Assembly: GCA_017416205.1 (NCBI GenBank)
Contig: JAFQDC010000072.1
Location: 1,874-65,873, forward strand
DNA: 64,000 bases
Direction: 5' to 3'
DNA from: Clostridia bacterium
GTDB lineage: Bacteria > Bacillota > Clostridia > Oscillospirales > CAG-272
The notes below the pieces were generated by a model. That model did no database searches, was not told the DNA's origin, and worked only from the letters and a program-made list of their open reading frames with translations. A program made the translations under genes and the position numbers. Shown here one piece after another: positions 46,548 through 55,044 of this stretch (the stretch's first letter is position 1; each line of letters begins with the position of its first letter).

Positions 46548-47810
46548 ATGGATACCGGTTATCTGAAAAAGGTTGGTATATATATTCTCAGCTTTCTTTT
46601 GTCTGTGGGAATTCTTTTCTATTTCGGATATCATATCTGGCATTCCTTTACCAAAGAGGTAGTGACCCAGCCTGCGCTTCAGGTCACCTATGAGGAAAAG
46701 ATCGAGGCCGAGGGATACATATTCCGCACGGAGACCGTCCTTGAAAATGCTGTGTCCTCTACGGGAAGCATTATTCCAAGTGCCGCGCAGGGCGAGCATA
46801 TCAGAAAAGGCGGGGCTGTGGCGGCTCTTTATTCCGATTATTCTCCCGATACGGTTGCACGTATCGCCGAAATAGAAGAGCAGATGGCAATGCTTTCAAA
46901 ATATAAGGATATGCAAAGCGTGAGCCTTAAGGATACGGCAAGCATTGATGCGGAGATCTTTTCCGTAATGTCAGAAATGCGCGGATACGCGGATTCGGGA
47001 AATGCAAAGGATGCTGTTAATCTGAGAAGCGCCCTTGTTGCTGCAGTTGGCGAAAAAGCAGTGCTCATGGGCAATTATACGAATATAGATTCTGAGATAT
47101 CTGCTCTTGAAAGCGAAAAGGCAGAGCTTACAAGGCAGCTCGGCTCTCTTATAAGGACCGTATATACACCGGTCAGCGGTTTTTATTATTCTGAAACTGA
47201 CGGATATGAAAACGTATTCCGTTCAGAGCTTTTGGAAGAGATAACCCTTGCAGACCTCAGTGCCCTTCTCGAAAAGGAGCCTGAAGAGAGGGGAACTGCG
47301 GGAAAGACCGTGACCGTCAGCCGCTGGTATCTTGTTTGCATGATAGACCCCTCTGAAAAGAATACCTATAAGGTGGGCGGAGATTGCAGCGTCAATTTCA
47401 AGAGCGCAGATATCAAGATCAATATGAAGGTGGAAAACATCCTTTATGACGATTCAAAGACTGCGGTGGTCCTTTCTTCAACGAGAATGCCTGAGGGCTT
47501 TGATTTTAGAAGAGTGCAGGATGTTGAGCTTACAAAAGCAGAATACACAGGCCTCAAGGTGCCTGCATCTGCTGTGAGAATGATAAACGGAGAAACGGGA
47601 GTTTACGTTCTTGACGTTGTAACCGTAAGATTCAGAGCAGTTGAGATCATATACAGCACCGATGCTTCCTATATTGTGAAGATTCCCGAGCCTATAGATG
47701 AGGACGGCGAGGAAGCAGAGGAGGAAGCAAAGACTATAGGGCTTCGTCTCCATGATAATATCATTACTGAGGGTAAGGGCCTTTATGAGGGCCGTGTTAT
47801 CGGGGACTAA
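46548..47810 (+). CDS. Membrane-anchored coiled-coil/barrel-sandwich (HlyD-like) protein, function unknown
   Basis: N-terminal TM helix, a coiled segment (EISALESEKAELTRQL) and a beta-rich C-terminus. Confidence 0.4.
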   Translation: MDTGYLKKVGIYILSFLLSVGILFYFGYHIWHSFTKEVVTQPALQVTYEEKIEAEGYIFRTETVLENAVSSTGSIIPSAAQGEHIRKGGAVAALYSDYSPDTVARIAEIEEQMAMLSKYKDMQSVSLKDTASIDAEIFSVMSEMRGYADSGNAKDAVNLRSALVAAVGEKAVLMGNYTNIDSEISALESEKAELTRQLGSLIRTVYTPVSGFYYSETDGYENVFRSELLEEITLADLSALLEKEPEERGTAGKTVTVSRWYLVCMIDPSEKNTYKVGGDCSVNFKSADIKINMKVENILYDDSKTAVVLSSTRMPEGFDFRRVQDVELTKAEYTGLKVPASAVRMINGETGVYVLDVVTVRFRAVEIIYSTDASYIVKIPEPIDEDGEEAEEEAKTIGLRLHDNIITEGKGLYEGRVIGD

Positions 47811-47825
47811 AGAAAGGCAAGGATT

Positions 47826-48545
47826 ATGGATAAGATCAGGGAAGAGATAATTCGCGAGAATTATAAAATAGTTTGCGAAAAAATTGAGGCGGCAAAGCTG
47901 AGAAGCAATGTGAAGGGGGCGGACGTTACTCTTCTTGCTGCAACTAAGACCGTTCCTGCAGAGGAGATCCTTTTTGCAATAAACGAGCTGGGTCTGCCTG
48001 CTGTGGGAGAGAATAAGGTACAGGAGCTTCTTTCAAAGTATGATGCTCTGAAGGATACCGTACCTCTCCACCTTATCGGTCATTTGCAGACTAATAAGGT
48101 AAAAAGCATCGTAGGCAAGGTGGATATGATCCAGTCCGTGGATTCTGAGAGACTTGCAAGAGAGATCGGAAAAAGAAGCCTTGAGGCGGGGATTACAACG
48201 AAGGTCCTTTGCGAGATAAATATTGGCAGAGAAGAGAACAAAAGCGGTATAATGCCAGAATGCACGGGTGAGTTTCTCGGCCTTCTTTCGGAGATCGGGG
48301 GAATTGAGGTCGCAGGACTTATGACAATGGCCCCCGTTTGCGAAACAAAGGACGAATATAAAAAATATTTTGAGAAAACATATGCGATATATCTTGACTT
48401 TTTTCTCAATAAAGGGCATAATAAAATAGAGACTGTATTATCTATGGGTATGAGCGACAGCTTTGAGGCTGCAATAGAAGAGGGAGCAACTATGGTCCGA
48501 GTGGGCAGCTCCATTTTCGGTGCGCGCATATACCCTGAGAAATAG
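47826..48545 (+). CDS. yggS: YggS/YlmE-family pyridoxal-phosphate homeostasis protein
   Basis: LLAATKTV (PLP lysine), HLIGHLQTNK, SMGMS, VRVGSSIFG. Confidence 0.93.
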   Translation: MDKIREEIIRENYKIVCEKIEAAKLRSNVKGADVTLLAATKTVPAEEILFAINELGLPAVGENKVQELLSKYDALKDTVPLHLIGHLQTNKVKSIVGKVDMIQSVDSERLAREIGKRSLEAGITTKVLCEINIGREENKSGIMPECTGEFLGLLSEIGGIEVAGLMTMAPVCETKDEYKKYFEKTYAIYLDFFLNKGHNKIETVLSMGMSDSFEAAIEEGATMVRVGSSIFGARIYPEK

Positions 48546-48574
48546 TACAAATAAAGAATTCATTTTGGAGGAAC

Positions 48575-49096
48575 ATGAAAATGGGAATCGTAGATAATAT
48601 CAAGAAGAGAATGTCCGCAAACGAGGAGAATGAGTACGACAACGCATACGACGATGACGGCTACTACTCTGAGAGCTTTGGCTCTTATGAGGAGGCTGAC
48701 GACGTTGACAGCGGCGTAAGCACAGGCATGGGCACAGGCATGAGCGGTATGGGTATGTCCTCCGGTATCAGCCTTTCCGGTTCTTCCGGCAGCGCTCTTG
48801 AGATGAAGGTAGTAAAGCCCGAGTCCTTTGACAGCGTAGCTCAGATCGCGGATCATCTCATTTCCAGAAGAACGGTAGTTCTTAACCTTGAGAATACAAA
48901 TAAGGAGACGGCACGTCGTCTTATCGACTTCCTTTCCGGTGTTGCATACTCTATTGACGGATCTCTCAAGAAGATCGCAACAAATGCGTATGTTATCACT
49001 CCCAGCAACGTAAACGTAGGAGATGCAAAGCTCGCTTCCCGCAAGGCACCCGAGCCCGCACCTGCTCCCGTAGTTGAAGATTTCGGCGAATATTGA
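48575..49096 (+). CDS. sepF: Cell division protein SepF
   Basis: Low-complexity linker, then the conserved core (VVKPESFDSVAQIADHL..VVLNLE..A.RLIDFLSG..Y). Located in the ylm cluster. Confidence 0.9.
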   Translation: MKMGIVDNIKKRMSANEENEYDNAYDDDGYYSESFGSYEEADDVDSGVSTGMGTGMSGMGMSSGISLSGSSGSALEMKVVKPESFDSVAQIADHLISRRTVVLNLENTNKETARRLIDFLSGVAYSIDGSLKKIATNAYVITPSNVNVGDAKLASRKAPEPAPAPVVEDFGEY

Positions 49097-49159
49097 TCTT
49101 TACATAAGAGCCGCCCACGTTTGTGAGGCGGTCTCTTGTGTTGTTTATAGCTGGAATAT

Positions 49160-50023
49160 ATGAGCGGTAATGATAGCAGAGGAGGAGTTCTCTGCACCGA
49201 TGATGAGCGGCTGCTGGTCTCACGGGCACTGGAGTTGTCCTTGCGAGGTGAGAACGATGCGGTCGCATCATCTTTTTTGACCCCAAGAGAGCAGCGTATA
49301 GTGTTCGAGGCAGTTCGCCGTGAGGGCTCTTCCCATCGCCTTTTTCTGTGGGGCGGATATAAGGGAGCAGAGCGGAGAAAGGCAATATTTTTGCCAACCT
49401 GGCTTTGCAGTGAGGCAGTTTCCGAGGCTTCTTTGTATTCCTGCGAGAGAGAGGAAGACTACCTTAAATGTCTGTCAGATTTCGGTATGCTGTCAGTTCT
49501 CGGGGAGCATATCAGCGCTGTCCGCATATCGGGCAGCGGATATACTGAGCTTTCTCACAGAGATTGGCTCGGTTCTCTTATGGGGCTTGGCCTTCGCAGG
49601 AGCGTTATCGGCGATATTGTGACAGAGGGAAGCTCCTGTACAGTTTTTTGCGAGGGAACTGCGGCTTCCTATATTACAGAAACGCTGAGGAAGGTTGGCC
49701 GTGATACGGTAAAGCCTTCCCTTGTTGAAACAGATATTGAGCTTTCAGTAAATCGCCGCTTTGAAGATGTTGTAACCACGGTGCAAACTCCAAGGCTTGA
49801 CGGCGTGGTGCGCGCTCTTTGTAATATATCGAGAGATGAAGCAGCAGGCCTTGTTGAACGCGGAGACTGCGAGATAAATTATTTTTGCGAAAAAGAAACG
49901 GATAAGCGCCTCCTTGCGGGAGATATTCTGACGGTGAGGGGCTTTGGAAAGTTTATTATAGAAAGCGCCGAGGATATGACGCGGCGCGGTCGGATCAGAC
50001 TGATAGCAAAAAAGTATAAATAA
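49160..50023 (+). CDS. ylmH: YlmH-like RNA-binding protein (S4 domain)
   Basis: C-terminal S4-like segment RLDGVVRALCNISRDEAAGLVERGDCEINY; position between sepF and divIVA. Confidence 0.8.
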   Translation: MSGNDSRGGVLCTDDERLLVSRALELSLRGENDAVASSFLTPREQRIVFEAVRREGSSHRLFLWGGYKGAERRKAIFLPTWLCSEAVSEASLYSCEREEDYLKCLSDFGMLSVLGEHISAVRISGSGYTELSHRDWLGSLMGLGLRRSVIGDIVTEGSSCTVFCEGTAASYITETLRKVGRDTVKPSLVETDIELSVNRRFEDVVTTVQTPRLDGVVRALCNISRDEAAGLVERGDCEINYFCEKETDKRLLAGDILTVRGFGKFIIESAEDMTRRGRIRLIAKKYK

Positions 50024-50071
50024 ATCCGAAACGTGAAAGCTGAATTTCACGTAGAAAAGCATGGTGTTGGT

Positions 50072-50968
50072 ATGAGTAATTTTTCCATAGAAAAAAAGGG
50101 ATATAACGTTTCAGAGGTTGATGCGTACGTGGATGATCTTGAGGCAAAGATCACCCATCTTCAGGCGCGCAATTCTGAGCTTGAGCAGAAGCTTGCAACC
50201 GCAAAGAGACTTATACGCCGTTTTTCCGATACTGAAAACGCACTGAAGCAGAATATTGCAGATTCAAAGCGCGCGGCAGCGTATATGATATCTGACGCGC
50301 GCGAGAGAAGTGCTGCTCTTCTGGATGAGACTCGCGAGAGCTGCGGAGAGATCATTTCCGATCTCGATATGCAGATAAGTGAAAGAATGAACACTATCAA
50401 TCTTATGAGAGCTGAGGTCAGCGCATTTAAGGATGAGCTTTTCAGCCTCTATTCCTCTCATATCGAGCTTATCGATACCCTTGCTAATACTGCGGAGAAC
50501 TTCCGGTATGAGCCTGACTATACTCCTGTTGCTGATTCCGTTTATAAATTTGAAGAGGCAGGCGAGCCTGACTGCGAGGTTCCCGGTTTTATAGAATATC
50601 CCGAGGAGTCTATTTTTTCAGAGCTTGAAGAAGAGAAGGAGCCTGAGGGTGAATTTAATATGGAAGCAGTGGCAGAAGGCGTAGTCGCAGAGGGGTCCGA
50701 AAAAGAGGTTGCCTTTGATCAGATATCCCTTGATGGCTTTTCGGAAAACGGTACGGATGATGACGACGAGGGCGACGAAGGTGACGAGGTATTCGATATA
50801 ACTCCCGAGGAGTTTGACTCTGTTGAGGAAGTGGATATTGATATGGCATATAATTCTTCTGAAAGCGAAGAGGTGGCGGAGGATGAGCCTTCTGAAGAAA
50901 AGAAGGATGATTCCGTATATTTCAAGTTCCTCAGCGATTTTGCAAATTCCGATGAGGATGCAAACTGA
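50072..50968 (+). CDS. divIVA: DivIVA-domain protein with a long acidic C-terminal tail
   Basis: FSIEKKGYNVSEVDAYVDDLE N-terminus and coiled coil. Start choice (ATG 50072 versus GTG 50033) is uncertain. Confidence 0.8.
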   Translation: MSNFSIEKKGYNVSEVDAYVDDLEAKITHLQARNSELEQKLATAKRLIRRFSDTENALKQNIADSKRAAAYMISDARERSAALLDETRESCGEIISDLDMQISERMNTINLMRAEVSAFKDELFSLYSSHIELIDTLANTAENFRYEPDYTPVADSVYKFEEAGEPDCEVPGFIEYPEESIFSELEEEKEPEGEFNMEAVAEGVVAEGSEKEVAFDQISLDGFSENGTDDDDEGDEGDEVFDITPEEFDSVEEVDIDMAYNSSESEEVAEDEPSEEKKDDSVYFKFLSDFANSDEDAN

Positions 50969-50988
50969 ATCGGGAAGGAAAGCTATAG

Positions 50989-51558
50989 ATGATATATTGC
51001 TTAATACTCAGCATCGCAGTCGTTCTTCTTGATCAGATATCTAAGATAATCGTAGTAAATACCATAGAGCCCTATGAGGTCATTCCCGTTATAAAGAACG
51101 TACTGAATTTCACGTATATCGAAAACCGCGGAGCGGCATTCGGTATGCTTTCCGAGCAGAGATGGATATTTATGATAATATCCGTTGTGGCTATCGTTGC
51201 CATATTTCTGTTCATCTGGAAGGAAAAGCCCCGTAGCATGTGGATAAAGACCTGCCTTGGCGCAATCGTTGGCGGCGGTATCGGTAATATGATAGACCGC
51301 GTTTTCAGAGGCAGCGTTGTGGATTTTATCGAAGCGGATTTCGTTCAGTATCCTCACCCAAGCTTCGAGGGCGGCTTTAAGCTGACAATGACCGATTTCC
51401 CCATATTCAACGTGGCAGACTGCTTTATAACCGTGGGATGCGCCGTTCTTGTGGTTTATCTTATCTTCTTTGAGCTTCCCCGAGAGGCGAAGGCAGAGAA
51501 GGAGAAAAAGCTGGCAAAAGAAGCAGAGGCGTGCGAAAAGGAAAATAATGAAAACTGA
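50989..51558 (+). CDS. lspA: Lipoprotein signal peptidase II
   Basis: DQISK, NRGAAFG, GGIGNMIDR and FNVAD motifs. Confidence 0.95.
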   Translation: MIYCLILSIAVVLLDQISKIIVVNTIEPYEVIPVIKNVLNFTYIENRGAAFGMLSEQRWIFMIISVVAIVAIFLFIWKEKPRSMWIKTCLGAIVGGGIGNMIDRVFRGSVVDFIEADFVQYPHPSFEGGFKLTMTDFPIFNVADCFITVGCAVLVVYLIFFELPREAKAEKEKKLAKEAEACEKENNEN

Positions 51559-52495
51559 AATCATTGATAATATAATTACCGCCATCGCGGAAAATGAAGA
51601 CATCGGCAAGAGAGCCGATGTTTTCGTTTCAGAGGCAGCAGGCGTGACGAGAAGCGCGGCGCAGACCTTACTTGAAAAGGGAGCTGTGACTCTCAATTCA
51701 AAGCCCTGCAAGAAAAATGCAAAGATGGCCCAGGGGGATACTGTGACAATAGAGCTTCCCGAGCCTGAAATGTGCGAGGTAGCCCCTGAGGATATCCCCC
51801 TTGATATCGTTTATGAGGACAGCGACGTTATCGTTGTAAATAAGCCCTCGGGAATGGTTGTCCATCCTGCCCCCGGGCATACAACGGGAACCCTTGTGTC
51901 TGCCCTTATGTACCATTGCGGCGACTCCCTTTCCGATATAAACGGAGTTATCCGCCCCGGTATCGTTCACCGGATTGACAGGGATACAAGCGGACTTTTA
52001 GCGGTGGCAAAGAATAATAAGGCTCATCTGTCCCTTGCTTCTCAGCTTGAGGATCATACTCTTTCAAGAGTGTATTTCACCGTGGTGTGCGGCCATCTTC
52101 CCGAGTCGGGAACCGTTACGGCGCCCATTGCCCGTCACCCCTCAGACCGTCAGAAAATGGCGGTAGTGCAGGGAGGACGCCACGCTGTGACCCACTACGA
52201 GGCATTAGAGGATCTCGGACAGTTCACCTTTGCGAAAATGAAGCTTGAAACGGGAAGAACTCATCAGATAAGAGTCCATATGGCACATATAGGCCATCCC
52301 ATTATCGGAGACCCCGTGTACGGCAGACCCACACAGTTCGAAAAGCATCACCCCGCCCTCTTTGACGGTCAGATGCTCCACGCAGGAGAGCTAACCTTTA
52401 TCCACCCTGCAACGGGAGAGGCTGTGACGGTATCGGCCCCACTGCCTAAGAATTTCACGGATATGCTTGATTTTCTGAGAAGAGGAGTGCAATAA
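51548..52495 (+). CDS. rluD: RluA-family 23S rRNA pseudouridine synthase (RluD-like)
   Basis: N-terminal S4 domain, HRIDRDTSGLL catalytic motif, TGRTHQIRVH. ATG overlaps the lspA end by 11 nt. Confidence 0.93.
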   Translation: MKTEIIDNIITAIAENEDIGKRADVFVSEAAGVTRSAAQTLLEKGAVTLNSKPCKKNAKMAQGDTVTIELPEPEMCEVAPEDIPLDIVYEDSDVIVVNKPSGMVVHPAPGHTTGTLVSALMYHCGDSLSDINGVIRPGIVHRIDRDTSGLLAVAKNNKAHLSLASQLEDHTLSRVYFTVVCGHLPESGTVTAPIARHPSDRQKMAVVQGGRHAVTHYEALEDLGQFTFAKMKLETGRTHQIRVHMAHIGHPIIGDPVYGRPTQFEKHHPALFDGQMLHAGELTFIHPATGEAVTVSAPLPKNFTDMLDFLRRGVQ

Positions 52496-52520
52496 AAAAA
52501 CTCCCTTTGGGAGTTTTTTA
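52494..52520 (+). terminator. Rho-independent terminator of rluD
   Basis: aaaaaaactccc-tttg-ggagtttttt. Confidence 0.85.
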
Positions 52521-52556
52521 GGTAATAGGTAATAGTGAAAAATATTATGTAATGTT

Positions 52557-52581
52557 GAAAACCGCCATTGGCGGTTTTCTT
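52557..52581. repeat. Hairpin gaaaaccgcc-attg-gcggttttcttt, copy 1 (identical to 54996-55020)
   Basis: Identical 25-nt string at both loci. Confidence 0.8.
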
Positions 52582-52613
52582 TTTTTATCTGTTATCTTAT
52601 TGTCAAACGGTCG

Positions 52614-52875
52614 CCCCTATCGGTGTACGAAAAAACCGCACAAACCCGTAGGGGCGTCACTGTGTGCGCCCGCCTGCAAACAAACGACAAAAGAAATACG
52701 AAACGGCAACGAAAGGACGATGAAATCTATTTTGTAGGTGTTGACACCTCGAAGGTTGCATGTATCTTTTTCGTTCGTTTGTACATCAATTTTATTTCGC
52801 TTCGCGTGCTGATTTACGGGCGCACACAGTGACGCCCCTACGGATTAGTGTTTTTGCACACCGATGACGGTAGGG
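52614..52875. repeat. GTAG-capped nested-hairpin element, copy D
   Basis: Outer pair 52614-52634 / 52851-52875. Inner 25-nt perfect pair: 52648-52672 gtaggggcgtcactgtgtgcgcccg with 52817-52841 cgggcgcacacagtgacgcccctac. Confidence 0.8.
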
Positions 52876-52918
52876 TTGCACATCTGTACGAGAGATGTCG
52901 TTCAAATTGGATTTATCT

Positions 52919-53446
52919 TTATTTGTGTAAACATCCGCGTACAAGAACTCTCAAAAGTTCATCTCTGTCAATTTGGCAAAGCAAAGACCGTGCATTATTG
53001 TGGTTTGTGATGAAAGCAGGATCATCTGTTACTAAATATCCTACTATTTGATTTACTGGATCGTACCCTTTTTCTTCCATAGATCTGTAGACTGTATTTA
53101 GAATGTCTACAATTGAAATTTCCTTTGTCGGCACATCAAATTTTTGAGTAATTTCACATTTCTCGTTAGTCATTTTGTTTCTCCTCTTCTTTGAATATAC
53201 GATTTTTTTAATAGATTCTATAGATAGGCAATAGCTTTCCGCAAGCTGTTCAATGCTTACTCCATTTGCAAAATAGTTCTTGATTTCACTATTTCTTTCC
53301 TCAAGGTAGTCCTTATAACCGCTGGTCTCTCCCCACTGCTTTTTTTCTTCAGATATAGGAATGTATACGATTTTCCCTTGAGCATATTTTTGTAATTCCT
53401 TTAGTAGTTCATCAGGTAATATGTCTTTTGCATTTTCATATTTCAT
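52919..53446 (-). CDS. ireB: In-frame fusion of a Mor/CD3324-like small HTH protein and IreB (UPF0297) regulatory phosphoprotein
   Basis: aa 1-90: MKYENAKDILPDELLKELQKY..GKIVYIP...SIEQLAESYCLSIESIKKIVY. aa 92-175: EKGYDPVNQIVGYLVTDDPAFITNHNNARSLL..DRDELL, the IreB pattern. Strong SDs precede both ATG 53446 and the internal ATG 53173. Confidence 0.75.
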   Translation of the reverse strand: MKYENAKDILPDELLKELQKYAQGKIVYIPISEEKKQWGETSGYKDYLEERNSEIKNYFANGVSIEQLAESYCLSIESIKKIVYSKKRRNKMTNEKCEITQKFDVPTKEISIVDILNTVYRSMEEKGYDPVNQIVGYLVTDDPAFITNHNNARSLLCQIDRDELLRVLVRGCLHK

Positions 53447-53572
53447 GTTTGCTCCCCCTTTACAAACTATTATAGCTAACATTTGCTAATAATAATAGAT
53501 AAAAGATCATTATAGATGATTTTTACATACATATAAAAAGGCTGTTGCAATCAAATGCAACAGCCTTTAAAA

Positions 53573-54967
53573 TTATCTTTCACTTTCCGTTTTCGGCAGG
53601 TCGCGGTCGGAGTCGAGGGTGGTGAATGTGAATCCTTTTTTTGAAAGTAAGGGGACAAGATGCTTTTTTGTCTTTTCCTCGGAGGTATAACCATAAAGAT
53701 CGAAAAGTCTGCCGTCCGAGGTTTCGATAACATATGAGGGGAAGTCGATGCGCTCGTCGAAACCGTTGTGTCTTGACTCTATGTAATACACGTTTTTGAT
53801 GTCCTCATAGCTGTATTCGTGGTACGTAAAGAGCTTCTGGCTGTCCATATATCTGAAGCTGTCGTTTGTGAATACGGCGTGGTCAGCTATAAGAAGTCCT
53901 GAGAATACAACACCGAAAACAAGGCTGAGTACAAATAGTACTGATACGAGCTTATTCGTACCTTTGCTGTTATATATTGCGTCCACGGCGTTCGCTTTTT
54001 CCATCTCTTCTTTTTTCATATACAGCTTTCTTATCTTTTTTCTGTAGTGGATCGTTCCGAAAAGTGCGGGGAGACCGGCACAGAGAAATCCCATATACCA
54101 GGGGGCACCGAAGAACACAGCGTTACTTGAAAATATGATTTGGAATATGCCCATAAGGGAACAGAAGATAAGAGAAAATATTACTGCGGTGACGAGAAAG
54201 CAAATAGGGAAATCAATAAAATCATGATTGGGGTGCTTTAGCCCTGCAACCGTATTGCTTTCCCCCATAGCGGGGCGAAAGCTCTTTCCTTCATCCGTTT
54301 TTATATAGTCAAGAAGCTGCTTTTCATAGGGATAGAGTGTGTTTTTAGAATCCCATTTTTCATAAACTGAGATCGCTTTCTCTACATTTCCCGAAAGGAG
54401 TGCCGTGTACGGGGGAGAAGAGGTGGAAAATCTGCCTGCGAAAAAGTCGTTTCTGATCTTTTGCAGGCTATTAAAGTATCGGGTAGTAAAAGGATCGGCG
54501 TCAATGAGAGAAAAATCAATATCCTTGTCCTTTAGCTTGAAAAGCTTTCTGTAGGAGTCAAAAAGAGCATTTGATATAGCTCCGTCATCCATTGCAAAAC
54601 CGTGTATATCCTCAAAATGATCTTCTATAACAGTAACCAAAGAGTTAAAGCAGGCCTCTATCCCCGAAATGCTATCAAGGAGAGAGAAGTATGTGCATCT
54701 GAAATCCTTTTTCTCAAGGCATGAAAGAATATCGGGAAGAAGGTAATATACAGAGCTGTTTTTATTCAGATATATTCTTGAATAAAGAGTGGATGGAGGG
54801 GCATAGGTGGTTGCCTTTTTCTGATAGCAAAATTCTATTTTAATTAAAGACAGTGTGACGGAAAATACAGCTGTCTTTTTCTCGTTATAGTAATTTGTAA
54901 AGAGAGCATCGTGCTGCTTTGCAAACTCCTCGCATTTTTCAATAAAAATATTTTCGATCTCTTTCAT
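53573..54967 (-). CDS. Hypothetical membrane protein (464 aa)
   Basis: Roughly 240-aa cytoplasmic N-domain, 3-4 TM helices, roughly 100-aa C-domain. No recognisable motif. Confidence 0.55.
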   Translation of the reverse strand: MKEIENIFIEKCEEFAKQHDALFTNYYNEKKTAVFSVTLSLIKIEFCYQKKATTYAPPSTLYSRIYLNKNSSVYYLLPDILSCLEKKDFRCTYFSLLDSISGIEACFNSLVTVIEDHFEDIHGFAMDDGAISNALFDSYRKLFKLKDKDIDFSLIDADPFTTRYFNSLQKIRNDFFAGRFSTSSPPYTALLSGNVEKAISVYEKWDSKNTLYPYEKQLLDYIKTDEGKSFRPAMGESNTVAGLKHPNHDFIDFPICFLVTAVIFSLIFCSLMGIFQIIFSSNAVFFGAPWYMGFLCAGLPALFGTIHYRKKIRKLYMKKEEMEKANAVDAIYNSKGTNKLVSVLFVLSLVFGVVFSGLLIADHAVFTNDSFRYMDSQKLFTYHEYSYEDIKNVYYIESRHNGFDERIDFPSYVIETSDGRLFDLYGYTSEEKTKKHLVPLLSKKGFTFTTLDSDRDLPKTESER

Positions 54968-54995
54968 TGTATCTCCGAAAAATGATAATTGTAAA

Positions 54996-55020
54996 GAAAA
55001 CCGCCATTGGCGGTTTTCTT
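54996..55020 (-). terminator. Terminator of the DAHP synthase gene; copy 2 of the gaaaaccgccattggcggttttcttt hairpin
   Basis: Stem aaaaccgcc/ggcggtttt with flanking T-runs. Confidence 0.7.
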
Positions 55021-55044
55021 TAGTAATTCTTAGCTTTTGTTAAC

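Noticed and set aside
52552-53051. Short ORFs inside repeat elements (52552-52737, 52623-52832, 52848-53051; also 17924-18181, 30959-31264, 31370-31561, 62281-62466)
   Set aside because: They are read through palindromic GC-rich repeat arms, with several overlapping frames and no SDs. These are typical spurious ORFs generated by repeats.
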